From contig CACWSI010000005.1 of assembly GCA_902763555.1 (NCBI GenBank), positions 1 to 50,892 of the forward strand: a stretch of 50,892 nucleotides of DNA, in the 5' to 3' direction. Below the pieces are notes generated by a model. The model searched no databases and was not told the DNA's origin. It saw nothing but the letters and a program-made list of their open reading frames with translations. The DNA comes from an uncultured Erysipelotrichaceae bacterium (lineage in GTDB: Bacteria > Bacillota_I > Bacilli_A > RFN20 > CAG-826). This document shows positions 35,064 through 44,656 of the stretch, one piece after another (position 1 is the first letter of the stretch; each line of letters starts with the position of its first letter). Both the position numbers and the translations under genes were made by a program.

Positions 35064-35683
35064 TACCTTTTTCTGTTTCTTCTAAATAGATACCAAATAA
35101 TTTCTAATACTTCTAATGGGATAGCGACTACGAACAATAATGGAAGTGGCAAGTTCATGACCACGAAGAATGTTAAGAAGAGAGATAACGCAGCAGTCCA
35201 GATAATAATGGAAGTAGCGATCATTCTTAAGAATCTATTGTGATAGATGAATTCCCAAACGAGAAGAATAATACCAGTTGTTAATGTGCCGTATATAAAT
35301 GTTAACCAAGGTTCAAATGGTGCATTTGGAGCAAATCTACTTAACAAAGTATTTAATAAGAAGAATGTAAGAACAGTCACTAACCAGTTAATACCAATTG
35401 ATAATAACTTTAAGTATGTTTGTTTTCTTTTCTTATTTTGACTAACCTTAACGGCTTTATGTTCACTTTGATAGAAGTCATCAACAGTGATGCCATAGAA
35501 ATCCGCGAGTGATTTCAAAACAAAAATATCAGGGAAGCCTTCACCTCTTTCCCATTTGGAGACAGACTTATCGGAATAATTAAATTTATCCGCGAGCTCT
35601 AATTGGGTGAGACCGCTAGCCTTACGATAGTAAGCGAGGTTTTTCGCTAATAGTTCTTGTTGGTTAGTAATGTCGTTTTCCAT
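35063..35683 (-). CDS. XRE-family HTH regulator with C-terminal membrane domain
   Basis: LTQLELADKFNYSDKSVSKWERGEGFPD followed by 4 TM helices. Confidence 0.88.
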   Translation of the reverse strand: MENDITNQQELLAKNLAYYRKASGLTQLELADKFNYSDKSVSKWERGEGFPDIFVLKSLADFYGITVDDFYQSEHKAVKVSQNKKRKQTYLKLLSIGINWLVTVLTFFLLNTLLSRFAPNAPFEPWLTFIYGTLTTGIILLVWEFIYHNRFLRMIATSIIIWTAALSLFLTFFVVMNLPLPLLFVVAIPLEVLEIIWYLFRRNRKR

Positions 35684-35750
35684 AAACCGTTAATGATTTT
35701 ATTAAATATTTGTCTAAAAGGCAAATAATAGGGGCAAAAGTCTTTTCAAA

Positions 35751-36914
35751 TTACTCTTTTTGTTTCAAGAATTGCTTGAGGAAAAGAATAGTTCTGCGGT
35801 TAATAACTGACATTGAATAAAGTTTATTAACATCAGCGTTAGCTTTCTTGATCATATCCGCTCTATTTTCTTTATTCAAAGAAAGACCGGCTTTAAGACC
35901 TTTTAATAAGTCATAGATTTCACAATCCTCAACCCATATAGCATCATCTTTAAATGACTTCATAAATTGACGATTTCTAACAGAAACCACAATAGAATTG
36001 CTATTGAAGTAATCCACTAAGTTAGCGGGAACATAATATCTATCAAAGTCTTCAGTAAATGGTAGTGGATTAACATTTAATAAAGAGTGGCTCGCTAAAG
36101 AGATAACTTCATCACTTGGAATATTTCCAAGATTGATAACATTTTGATTGTTGTGAATGACTTTAATAAGTGTTTCGTTATCTGGATAATAGCCAGAAAT
36201 AATTAATTTAAGTTTTGGATTATCTAATTCTCTAAAAGCAAGAATGAGTTGGACAATACCATGGTTTGGTTCTAACGAACCATTAAAGAATATATAATCA
36301 CCATATTCGTTTTCTTTATTTATAACGACGTTATCGTCTAAGACACCTTCAAATGATAAATTAGCTCTGTTATAGGTGTTATATAGAGTATTTAAACCTT
36401 GAGTTAAGGTAATATAGCCAGATAAGTTTTCCGCAAGACTTAGTATCGAAGTAGCGTAGCTCTTACCAGTATTGTGAATACTACTTGGAGTATTATTACA
36501 AACACCAATAATTGGAAGATTATACTTTTTAGCGAACTTCGTAGAATTTCTTAAGACGTTTGGATTAAGTGTATCAGTAATGATAATGCAGTCCTTAAGA
36601 TTCATCTTACTTAAGATTTTATTGCACTGTTTCGTGACTGTTGAATAACGTAAAAGTTTATTTCTTTTTATTTCCAAATAGTGCCAAGTAATTTTGCCTT
36701 CTTGTTTTGTTTCGGCATCTAGTTTCTTAAGCTTGCAATATCTTCTAGAAAAAGGACGCATTGAGAAGACTTCCACTTCGTGGGTCAACGCTAAGGAACG
36801 GATAAAACGATTATGAAGATTTTGAATGGACGCATTTAAAGAAGAGTCCCACATCTTAGAGAAGGATACATAGTCTTCTTTTTTACATGCTGTTGTGAAA
36901 TAGATAATTCTCAT
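35751..36914 (-). CDS. GT-B fold (GT4-like) glycosyltransferase, divergent
   Basis: IFFNGSL...G...LI.AF, KLIISG, NLGNIP, VNP, P.NLVDYF; 387 aa. Confidence 0.7.
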   Translation of the reverse strand: MRIIYFTTACKKEDYVSFSKMWDSSLNASIQNLHNRFIRSLALTHEVEVFSMRPFSRRYCKLKKLDAETKQEGKITWHYLEIKRNKLLRYSTVTKQCNKILSKMNLKDCIIITDTLNPNVLRNSTKFAKKYNLPIIGVCNNTPSSIHNTGKSYATSILSLAENLSGYITLTQGLNTLYNTYNRANLSFEGVLDDNVVINKENEYGDYIFFNGSLEPNHGIVQLILAFRELDNPKLKLIISGYYPDNETLIKVIHNNQNVINLGNIPSDEVISLASHSLLNVNPLPFTEDFDRYYVPANLVDYFNSNSIVVSVRNRQFMKSFKDDAIWVEDCEIYDLLKGLKAGLSLNKENRADMIKKANADVNKLYSMSVINRRTILFLKQFLKQKE

Positions 36915-37001
36915 ATATCGTTATCTGTTTGGCACCGCCAAACACGCCTACATTATAGTGTTTTATCTTCCAAAAAGATATAGGAATGATAAAATTGAAG
37001 C

Positions 37002-37676
37002 ATGGAAAAAGCACCTAAAACATGGAATGAGTTTTTTAAAAAACTCCAAAACGAAGAATTCTGTTTAAAGCTCAATGACTTTCTTAATAAAGAATATCGT
37101 GATTATACTTGCTACCCTCCAAGGGAGTTATTATTTAATGCTTTTAGATTAACTCCATTAGATAAAGTCAAAGTCGTAATAGTGGGTCAAGATCCATATC
37201 ATGAACCAGGTCAAGCGATGGGTTTATCCTTTTCTGTGCCTAAAGGAATTAAGGTTCCTCCATCATTAGTGAACATCTATAAAGAGATTGCTCAAGAGTA
37301 TAACGCTAAGATGGATTTCTCATCTGGTGACTTAACCTATTTAGCAAAGCAAGGCGTACTTCTTTTAAACTCTATTCTATCCGTTAGAGCGCATCAAGCG
37401 ATGAGCCATAATACGGAAGAATATAAGATGTTTTTAGCCAGAGTTTTAGAAGTCCTAGATAAACAAACCACCCCAATAGTTTTCTTATTATGGGGTGGTC
37501 CTGCGAGAAAATTAAAGGGCTATTTGCATAACCCTTCACACTTGATATTAGAATGCATCCATCCATCGCCTCTTGCGGCAAATCATGGGGGATGGTTCGG
37601 AAATAATCACTTCACCGAGGCAAATAGGTATCTTAGGGAGCACGGCCTCAGCGAAATAAATTGGTTAAATAATTGA
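37002..37676 (+). CDS. ung: Uracil-DNA glycosylase
   Basis: GQDPYH, GLSFSV, PPSL.NI, GVLLLN, HPSPL. Confidence 0.97.
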   Translation: MEKAPKTWNEFFKKLQNEEFCLKLNDFLNKEYRDYTCYPPRELLFNAFRLTPLDKVKVVIVGQDPYHEPGQAMGLSFSVPKGIKVPPSLVNIYKEIAQEYNAKMDFSSGDLTYLAKQGVLLLNSILSVRAHQAMSHNTEEYKMFLARVLEVLDKQTTPIVFLLWGGPARKLKGYLHNPSHLILECIHPSPLAANHGGWFGNNHFTEANRYLREHGLSEINWLNN

Positions 37677-38711
37677 TTCGTTATTTTTCTTTCTTTTAAT
37701 AATAGCAAGAATTAATAACACAATTGATGTAAGCATTACTACTCCACCAATAGCAAACCAGATCCAATAAAGAGTTGGATCTTTTCCTTTTCTAATAACT
37801 TTCATTAACCTATAAAGGCCAAAGACAAATGTAGATGTTGTAATCGCGCTTAAAGCCCCAGTATAAGTGACAAAAGAGAAATCATTTTTGAAAGTTTTGA
37901 TCAATGAAATAACACCTAAGACAACTAAGAATGCACCCATGACAAAGAGAATCATACTGTCTGGGTCAAAGTCATATTCAAAGCTGCCACCATAGTCTTC
38001 CAAGTAGAAACTCTTAATGTATCTAACAAGGAAAAAGATAAAGAAGAATAAACCAGTGGACACTGTTAAGAATGAAACAATCATTGGACCAGTGGTGTTG
38101 GTTTCTTTTTCAGAATCAATAAATGTACTTCTAGTAGCAAGAATCTTAGGGGCAAATAATTGAATAATGATTAATAAAGCCGCAGTTAAGATGATGGATG
38201 GACCAATAAATGCAATGTTATAAACAAATGAATATAACCAAGGTTGCATTTCATTTAATCCCCAGGCAAAGTCTGCTTGGTTAGCCCAGAAGAAGATGCC
38301 TGCTAAATAGTGAGATAAGAATTTCATTAAACCGCCAATTACTGTGCCAAGTATAAGCACGGCTATTTTCTTATCTATACTTTTGGCTCTATCGTAAAGT
38401 GGCTTTGTTAAAGCCGCAAGTGCTACAAAAGCGTAAGGAAAGATGTAGTCCAAGAATAATTGGAATACGTTAACAATGTAGGCGTTTGATGCAATATCAA
38501 GTAAGCCCATGATTAAGCCGGTGACTAAGGCTGGAATTAAACCACGACGATAAGCAATAATTAAAACCGCAATCATCGCAAAGCCAATGGAGCCACCGTT
38601 TGGAAAGACACCTTTAAAGATGATGCCTTGTAATTCGTCAAAGACGAATCCTAACGCGGCAAAAATACCAACTTCAGAAATGGTACGTACCGCAGTTGTG
38701 GTGTTTTTCAT
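37665..38711 (-). CDS. thiT: ECF thiamine S-component ThiT with C-terminal membrane extension
   Basis: FPNGGSI, YRRG, QLFLDY..P, SHYLAG..FW, YSFVYN; TPP riboswitch upstream. Confidence 0.88.
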   Translation of the reverse strand: MKNTTTAVRTISEVGIFAALGFVFDELQGIIFKGVFPNGGSIGFAMIAVLIIAYRRGLIPALVTGLIMGLLDIASNAYIVNVFQLFLDYIFPYAFVALAALTKPLYDRAKSIDKKIAVLILGTVIGGLMKFLSHYLAGIFFWANQADFAWGLNEMQPWLYSFVYNIAFIGPSIILTAALLIIIQLFAPKILATRSTFIDSEKETNTTGPMIVSFLTVSTGLFFFIFFLVRYIKSFYLEDYGGSFEYDFDPDSMILFVMGAFLVVLGVISLIKTFKNDFSFVTYTGALSAITTSTFVFGLYRLMKVIRKGKDPTLYWIWFAIGGVVMLTSIVLLILAIIKRKKNNESII

Positions 38712-38728
38712 AAACACACTCCTCCTAA

Positions 38729-38755
38729 ATAAAAACCCTCAAACTAGTCGAGGGG
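38729..38755 (-). terminator. Riboswitch expression-platform terminator
   Basis: Minus strand CCCTCGA-CTAGT-TTGAGGG-TTTTT before SD AGGAGG. Confidence 0.75.
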
Positions 38756-38771
38756 GAAACGTTTCAAATAA

Positions 38772-38863
38772 AAAAGTTCCCTCCGCTAGAATTACCTAGA
38801 TCAGGTACGGTCGATCCCAAGAAGGATCCTCTCAGCCGAATTTCGTTCAGCTCCCACCAAAAA
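38772..38863 (-). ncRNA. TPP riboswitch
   Basis: Minus strand GGGAGC...GGCTGAGAGG...GACCGTACCTGATCTAGGTAATTCTAGCGGAGGGAA matches the THI-box consensus and lies upstream of thiT. Confidence 0.93.
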
Positions 38864-38974
38864 TAATAAACTTTTGTTTAACTATTGCAAATGATTTTTC
38901 TATTCTTCCATATATAAAGCAGTAACAATTTTATTGTTGTTATGTTATAGTTATATCAGTTTTGGAGGTACACC

Positions 38975-39955
38975 ATGGAAAACGAAGATATCAAGACTAT
39001 TGATGAACAACAAGAAGAGCCAAAAATCGAAGAACCAAAACTCGATGAAGAAGCTCAAAAAGAAGATAAGCCATACAATGTGGCGATTGAAGAAGTTAGA
39101 AAAGAACTCTTCACATCTTATTCAAGAACAAGAAAAATTAGTAACATCATCATGTTCGTTGTTTTAGCGGCGATCGTGGGCATTATGTTCTTAATCATGA
39201 ATAACAACCCAGTCCTTAAATATATTGGCTTTGGTTGTGGTGGCGCTTTAATCGTCGGCATGATTGTTTATTATCTTTTAACAAGAAAGAAATTCCCAAA
39301 CAAAACAAAAGATTATATCTCTTTCTTCGCTAATAAAATAAGAGAAAGAATGTTTGGCGCTAAACCATATGAAAATGTTACTTTTGATGAATCCGAAAAA
39401 TTCGCTTTAGCGGATTTCGTCGGTGATGGTGTTTATAAAGAAGCCTCAGGCATCAATTCAAGAAACATCATCAGAGGCGAATATAAAGGCCATCACTTCA
39501 CCTACGGTGAATTGGCTTTATTAAGACCATCTACAAGAAAGCAACAAGTTCCACCTTTATTCGTTGGTAAATACGTTACCCTTCCAAATGACTTAGAATT
39601 TGAAGGTCGTTTTGTCATCGTCATGCAAAATGAAAAACAACCATATGACTTACCAAACGATATCGATGACTTAAAAGTCTTAGAAGAAAAAGATGGCATC
39701 ATTGTTTATGGTCCAGAAGGTGCGGATATTCGCAAAGTCCTGAAGGGCACATTCTTAAGTGATCTTCGTAAGATTAAAATCGAAGGTCGCTTGTTCAACG
39801 TTAACGTTGTTGTTTGGGGCGGTCATTCCGCAGCTTACTTAAGTTATGATGACGCCATTATGGCGGTTCCATTCGATAAACCATTTGATACTGCTGGTTT
39901 TGAACAATCCTTTAAGGATGTTGACGCCATCATTAAATTATTAGCAGGAGAATAA
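38975..39955 (+). CDS. Hypothetical membrane protein (2 TM plus soluble domain)
   Basis: SD GGAGG; acidic N-terminus; first gene of the tsa operon. Confidence 0.75.
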   Translation: MENEDIKTIDEQQEEPKIEEPKLDEEAQKEDKPYNVAIEEVRKELFTSYSRTRKISNIIMFVVLAAIVGIMFLIMNNNPVLKYIGFGCGGALIVGMIVYYLLTRKKFPNKTKDYISFFANKIRERMFGAKPYENVTFDESEKFALADFVGDGVYKEASGINSRNIIRGEYKGHHFTYGELALLRPSTRKQQVPPLFVGKYVTLPNDLEFEGRFVIVMQNEKQPYDLPNDIDDLKVLEEKDGIIVYGPEGADIRKVLKGTFLSDLRKIKIEGRLFNVNVVVWGGHSAAYLSYDDAIMAVPFDKPFDTAGFEQSFKDVDAIIKLLAGE

Positions 39956-39956
39956 A

Positions 39957-40487
39957 ATGTCTTCCGTCGGACGTTGGTATAGTATCCGTTGCTATAAACA
40001 TAACGGTGCCTTACATCGCGTTTGGGATCGTGGTTTAGTCTTGGAAAATACCGAAGACTATTTAGTTATTGCCACGAAGAAAGCTAAAGTTATCGAGGCT
40101 AATGGCCGTTGCTGGTTTACTAAAGAACCAGCGGTTACCATTTTTTCGAAGAAAGAATGGTGGAATGTCATTTGTATGCTTAAAAAAGATGGTGTTTGCT
40201 ATTACTGTAACATCGCTTCTCCAAGCATCATAGATAAAGACGCAATCAAATACATTGATTACGACTTAGACGCTAAGTTATTCCACGACAATGAAATAAG
40301 AGTTTTAGATGAAAAAGAATATCTCCATCATAAAAACACTTATCAATATAGCGATGAACTCGATGCAGTTCTAAAGAACCAAACAAAAATTATCGTTGAA
40401 AGAATGAGAAATCGTGAATTCCCATTTGATGACGATTTAATTAACCGTTACTTCAATCAGTATCTAGAAAGTACGAAGAAGGAATAA
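39957..40487 (+). CDS. DUF402 (YgaC/Ntdp-like) nucleoside phosphatase
   Basis: CYKHNG.LHR.W, W.TKEPA, YYCNIASP, YIDYDLD, LDEKEY. Confidence 0.9.
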   Translation: MSSVGRWYSIRCYKHNGALHRVWDRGLVLENTEDYLVIATKKAKVIEANGRCWFTKEPAVTIFSKKEWWNVICMLKKDGVCYYCNIASPSIIDKDAIKYIDYDLDAKLFHDNEIRVLDEKEYLHHKNTYQYSDELDAVLKNQTKIIVERMRNREFPFDDDLINRYFNQYLESTKKE

Positions 40488-40488
40488 A

Positions 40489-40935
40489 ATGGAACATCAA
40501 TTAATCACTTATAGTGCCGAAGAGACAATGAATCTTGGGCAGAAATTTGTTGCCCTTGCAAAACCTGGTTCAACATTCTGTTTAACCGGTGATTTAGGCG
40601 CGGGTAAAACAACCTTAGTGAGAGGTATTGCGAGAGCCTTAAATATTAAAAATGTTGTTCAGTCTCCAACATTTAATATTATGAAAGTCTACTTTGATGG
40701 AGATCGTCCTTTAATCCATATCGATGCCTATCGCCTCGCGGATGTTAACACTGATATCGGCTTAGATGAATACATTGGTTATGAAACAGGTATCACCGTC
40801 ATTGAGTGGCCTGAATTCATTAAGGATTTGATTCCAGAAAATGCCATCGAAGTAAACATTAGACACGCTGAAGGCGATACAAGAAACATCACCATTAAGA
40901 GTGATGATAAAGACTTTATGGAGGGACTTAAATAA
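40489..40935 (+). CDS. tsaE: t6A biosynthesis ATPase TsaE
   Basis: GDLGAGKTT, VQSPTF, HIDAYRL, IEWP. Confidence 0.96.
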   Translation: MEHQLITYSAEETMNLGQKFVALAKPGSTFCLTGDLGAGKTTLVRGIARALNIKNVVQSPTFNIMKVYFDGDRPLIHIDAYRLADVNTDIGLDEYIGYETGITVIEWPEFIKDLIPENAIEVNIRHAEGDTRNITIKSDDKDFMEGLK

Positions 40936-41516
40936 TGGTTACAATTCTTTTAGATTCCTCAAATACAAACCTTTCAGTTGGTATTGCTAAAGACAATATT
41001 CTTTTAGACTACATTTCTTACGAAGCTTGGCAAAGACAATCAGAATATATGATTGTGGAACTTAATAAGCTTTTAGAGAAACACAATATCAAAAAAGAAG
41101 ACATTACTGATGTCATGGTCGCTAAAGGACCAGGCTCATATACAGGCGTAAGAATTGCCATCACAATCGCTAAAACAATTGCCGTGGCATTAAACGCTAA
41201 GTTATATGCTGTGAGTTCCCTAAGAGTGGAGAAAAACGGTGACGTTCCTTCTATTTGCCTTATTAACGCTAGAAGTAATCGTTCTTACGTTGGTGTTTAT
41301 CAAGGCCAAGAAATCTTATTGAATGACTGCATTATGAAAAACGATGAAGTCATGAAATATATAGCAGATCATCCAGACTACAGTGTCTGTGGTGACACTA
41401 AATACCTTAACATTGAAGGTATAGAGTCTAACACCATGAAAGAGATGTTAGATTTAAAAGATTCATTAGAATCTATTAACCCACTTTCATTAAAACCAGT
41501 GTACATGAAGGACTAA
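40935..41516 (+). CDS. tsaB: t6A biosynthesis protein TsaB
   Basis: LDSS, GPGSYTGVRI, INAR, PVY. Confidence 0.93.
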   Translation: MVTILLDSSNTNLSVGIAKDNILLDYISYEAWQRQSEYMIVELNKLLEKHNIKKEDITDVMVAKGPGSYTGVRIAITIAKTIAVALNAKLYAVSSLRVEKNGDVPSICLINARSNRSYVGVYQGQEILLNDCIMKNDEVMKYIADHPDYSVCGDTKYLNIEGIESNTMKEMLDLKDSLESINPLSLKPVYMKD

Positions 41517-41517
41517 G

Positions 41518-41991
41518 ATGCAAAACTTATTTGTGAACATTAGAGAAGCTAAATTAGACGATTTAAAAGTAATCATGCAAATCGAGCAATTATGCTTTCC
41601 TCATGGCGCTTGGAAAGAGGAAAATATCCTCTATGAATTAAAAGAAAATCCAGTAGCCCATTTCTGGGTTATTGAACTCTCAATTAATAACGAAGATGGT
41701 TATCAAGTAGTCGGGTTCTGTGACTATTGGGAAACCTTCGACAGTGCGACGATCTGCCAAATCGCTGTTCACCCATATTTACAAAGAAAACAATTGGGCT
41801 CAGCGATGATGGATGAAATCTATAACGATTGTTACGCGAAAAAGATTAGAACTCTCACCTTAGAAGTGAGAACCACTAACGAAAAAGCTATTAACTTCTA
41901 TAAGAAGCATGGCTTTAAAACAGAAACAACAAAACCGCATTATTACGATAACGGTGATGATGCGTATTACATGATTTTGGAAGTGAAATAA
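41518..41991 (+). CDS. rimI: Ribosomal-protein-alanine N-acetyltransferase
   Basis: IAVHP...., TLEVR..N..AI.FY.K.GF, YY.NGDDA; lies between tsaB and tsaD. Confidence 0.92.
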   Translation: MQNLFVNIREAKLDDLKVIMQIEQLCFPHGAWKEENILYELKENPVAHFWVIELSINNEDGYQVVGFCDYWETFDSATICQIAVHPYLQRKQLGSAMMDEIYNDCYAKKIRTLTLEVRTTNEKAINFYKKHGFKTETTKPHYYDNGDDAYYMILEVK

Positions 41992-41992
41992 C

Positions 41993-43012
41993 ATGGCATT
42001 AATATTAGCAATTGAATCAAGTTGTGATGAAACAAGTGTAGCGATTACTAGAGATGGTAAACTCCTTTCTAATGTCATCAATACACAAATTGAAGTCCAT
42101 CAAAAATATGGTGGTGTGATGCCTGAAATAGCATCTAGACTTCACTGCGAAAATATTTCTTTAGTGCTTAAAGAAGCTTTAGAAAAAGCTGATGTTAAAT
42201 TAGAAGACATTGATGCTTTTGCTGTGACTAGAGGCCCAGGCTTAATTGGCGCTCTCCACGTAGGTATGCAATGCGCTAAAACATTAGCGATGCTTTATAA
42301 GAAGCCATTAATCCCAGTCCATCACTTAGCAGGACATATCTACGCTAATGAATTTAATGAAGAACTTAAGTTCCCATTATTAGCGGTAGTTGTCAGTGGT
42401 GGTAACTCTGAACTCGTCATTATGAAAGACCATATGAATTTTGAAATCATTGGTGAAACAAGAGATGACGCCATTGGTGAATGCTACGATAAAGTGGCTA
42501 GAGTCTTAGGCTTACCTTATCCAGGTGGCATTCCAATTGATAAATTGGCTAAAGAAGGCGAGCACACATATCATTTACCAACACCACTTAGTGGTGAACA
42601 TACTTACGATATGTCTTTCTCTGGTCTTAAGACCAATGTTATTAATTTAGTTCATAATCTAGAACAAAAAGGCGAAAAAATCAGAGTCGCGGATATGTGC
42701 CGTAGCTTCCAAGATGTCGCTGTTGGTATGGTTATTAATAGAGCTGTTAAAGCTATTCAAGAATATAACGTTAAACAAGTCGTTTTAGCGGGAGGTGTTT
42801 CCGCTAACTCATATTTAAGAAGTGAAATGGTGAAAGAGTGTGAAAAGCTTAATGCACATATCATTATTCCACCAATGTGGTGCTGCACTGATAATGCCGC
42901 GATGATCGCAAAAGTCGCTGAGCATTTATACGATATGAAAGTCTTCGCGGGACTAGATTTAGGGGTCGATCCTAACTGGTCTATCGAAAAATGGGCAGAA
43001 TTCCAAAATTAA
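41993..43012 (+). CDS. tsaD: t6A threonylcarbamoyltransferase TsaD
   Basis: AIESSCDET, GGVMPEIASR.H, HHLAGH, DDAIGE, FSGLKT, TDNAAMIA. Confidence 0.97.
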   Translation: MALILAIESSCDETSVAITRDGKLLSNVINTQIEVHQKYGGVMPEIASRLHCENISLVLKEALEKADVKLEDIDAFAVTRGPGLIGALHVGMQCAKTLAMLYKKPLIPVHHLAGHIYANEFNEELKFPLLAVVVSGGNSELVIMKDHMNFEIIGETRDDAIGECYDKVARVLGLPYPGGIPIDKLAKEGEHTYHLPTPLSGEHTYDMSFSGLKTNVINLVHNLEQKGEKIRVADMCRSFQDVAVGMVINRAVKAIQEYNVKQVVLAGGVSANSYLRSEMVKECEKLNAHIIIPPMWCCTDNAAMIAKVAEHLYDMKVFAGLDLGVDPNWSIEKWAEFQN

Positions 43013-43060
43013 AGTGACATTGTTACTTTAAGTAACTATGATATTGATAAGGAGCATTTT

Positions 43061-44452
43061 ATGGAACCTATGAAAATTACTAATTTTGAACTCTATGACA
43101 TCGTCACAAACGGTGACCAAGAAGAGATTAATTCCCTTGAAACATTAGAACTCCAAGGTTGGGTTAAAACTAACCGTGATAATGGTTCAATTGGTTTCGT
43201 TGAATTTAACGATGGTACATATTTCAAAAGCGTCCAACTTGTTTATACAGATAAATGTCAAAACCATGATGTCTTATCTTCTTTAAAAACAGGTGCCGCG
43301 ATTACAGTTACTGGTAAGTTAGTTTTAACTCCAGAAAACAAACAACCATTTGAAATCGCTGTTGAATCATGCGTTTTAGAAGGTGATGTTGCTGATGATT
43401 ATCCTCTTCAAAAGAAGAGACACAGCTTTGAATTCTTAAGAGAAATCGCTCACATTAGACCACGCGCTAATACATTCCAAGCGGTCTATCGTGTGAGAAG
43501 TGTTCTTTCCTTTGCGATTCATGAATTTTTCCAAAACAATGGCTTTATTTATGTGCATACACCATTAATTACCACAAACGATGGTGAAGGCGCAGGCAAC
43601 GTCTTTGACGTTGTCACACACGATACAAAAGATCCAAACAGTTTCTATGGTCGTAAAGTTAACTTAACTGTTACTGGTCAATTACACGTTGAACCATTTG
43701 CTTTAGCCTTTAGAGATGTTTATACATTTGGTCCTGCCTTTAGAGCGGAACACTCTAACACCGTTAGACATGCTTCTGAATTCTGGATGGTGGAACCAGA
43801 AATGGCCTTCACTGATTTAGAAGGTAATATGGATGTCATTGAAGACTGCGTTAAGTTCTGCATTAACTACATCATGTCCGTTTGCCCACAAGAAATGGAA
43901 TTCTTCAACAACATGATTGATAAGACTTTATTAGAAAGACTCAATCACGTCGCTAATAGTGACTTCAAGAGAATGACATACACTGAAGGTGTTGAACTCT
44001 TAAAGAAAGCTGTTAAAGAAGGTCATAAGTTCGAAAATAACAATATCGAATGGGGTATGGACTTACAAAGTGAACACGAAAGATATCTCACTGAAGAAAT
44101 CGTTAAAGGTCCATTATTCTTAACCGATTATCCAAAAGAAATTAAAGCTTTCTATATGAGAGAAAACGATGATGGTAAGACCGTTGCCGCTTGTGACTTA
44201 TTAGTCCCAGCAGTTGGTGAACTCGTCGGTGGTTCTCAAAGAGAAGAAAGATATGATGTCTTACTTAAGAAGATGCAAAAACTCGGTAACGATAAGGAAT
44301 TAGATTGGTACTTAGATACCCGTAGATACGGTGGTTGCAAACACTCTGGTTTCGGTATCGGCTTTGACCGTTTACTCATGTACATCACTGGTATGCAAAA
44401 CATCCGTGATGTCCAACCATATCCAAGAACAAGCAATAGCATTAAATACTAG
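43061..44452 (+). CDS. asnS: Asparagine--tRNA ligase
   Basis: YPLQKK, LTVTGQL, FRAEHSNT.RH.SEFWM.EPE, LQSEHER, GGSQREER, GIGFDR. Confidence 0.97.
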   Translation: MEPMKITNFELYDIVTNGDQEEINSLETLELQGWVKTNRDNGSIGFVEFNDGTYFKSVQLVYTDKCQNHDVLSSLKTGAAITVTGKLVLTPENKQPFEIAVESCVLEGDVADDYPLQKKRHSFEFLREIAHIRPRANTFQAVYRVRSVLSFAIHEFFQNNGFIYVHTPLITTNDGEGAGNVFDVVTHDTKDPNSFYGRKVNLTVTGQLHVEPFALAFRDVYTFGPAFRAEHSNTVRHASEFWMVEPEMAFTDLEGNMDVIEDCVKFCINYIMSVCPQEMEFFNNMIDKTLLERLNHVANSDFKRMTYTEGVELLKKAVKEGHKFENNNIEWGMDLQSEHERYLTEEIVKGPLFLTDYPKEIKAFYMRENDDGKTVAACDLLVPAVGELVGGSQREERYDVLLKKMQKLGNDKELDWYLDTRRYGGCKHSGFGIGFDRLLMYITGMQNIRDVQPYPRTSNSIKY

Positions 44453-44461
44453 GAGGTTATT

Positions 44462-44611
44462 ATGATTGAAGAAGTTGTCGATAGCGAAAAAGAGGCCCGT
44501 AAGGCTAGAATAAAAACAAGATTCCTCTGGGTTATCATTATCCTAGACTTACTTTTGTTTGGCTACGCAGCTTATGAAATCGTAATGATTATCATTAACC
44601 TAGTTAAGTAA
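44462..44611 (+). CDS. 49-aa single-pass membrane microprotein (missing from ORF track)
   Basis: SD AGGAGG overlaps the asnS stop; MIEEVVDSEKEARKARIKTRFLWVIIILDLLLFGYAAYEIVMIIINLVK*; lies before the terminator. Confidence 0.75.
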   Translation: MIEEVVDSEKEARKARIKTRFLWVIIILDLLLFGYAAYEIVMIIINLVK

Positions 44612-44621
44612 AAAATAAACA

Positions 44622-44656
44622 AAAAAGAAATCCCGTTAATTCGGGATTTTTCTTTT
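44622..44656. terminator. Bidirectional terminator
   Basis: AAATCCCG-TTAATT-CGGGATTT with A-rich and T-rich flanks. Confidence 0.8.
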
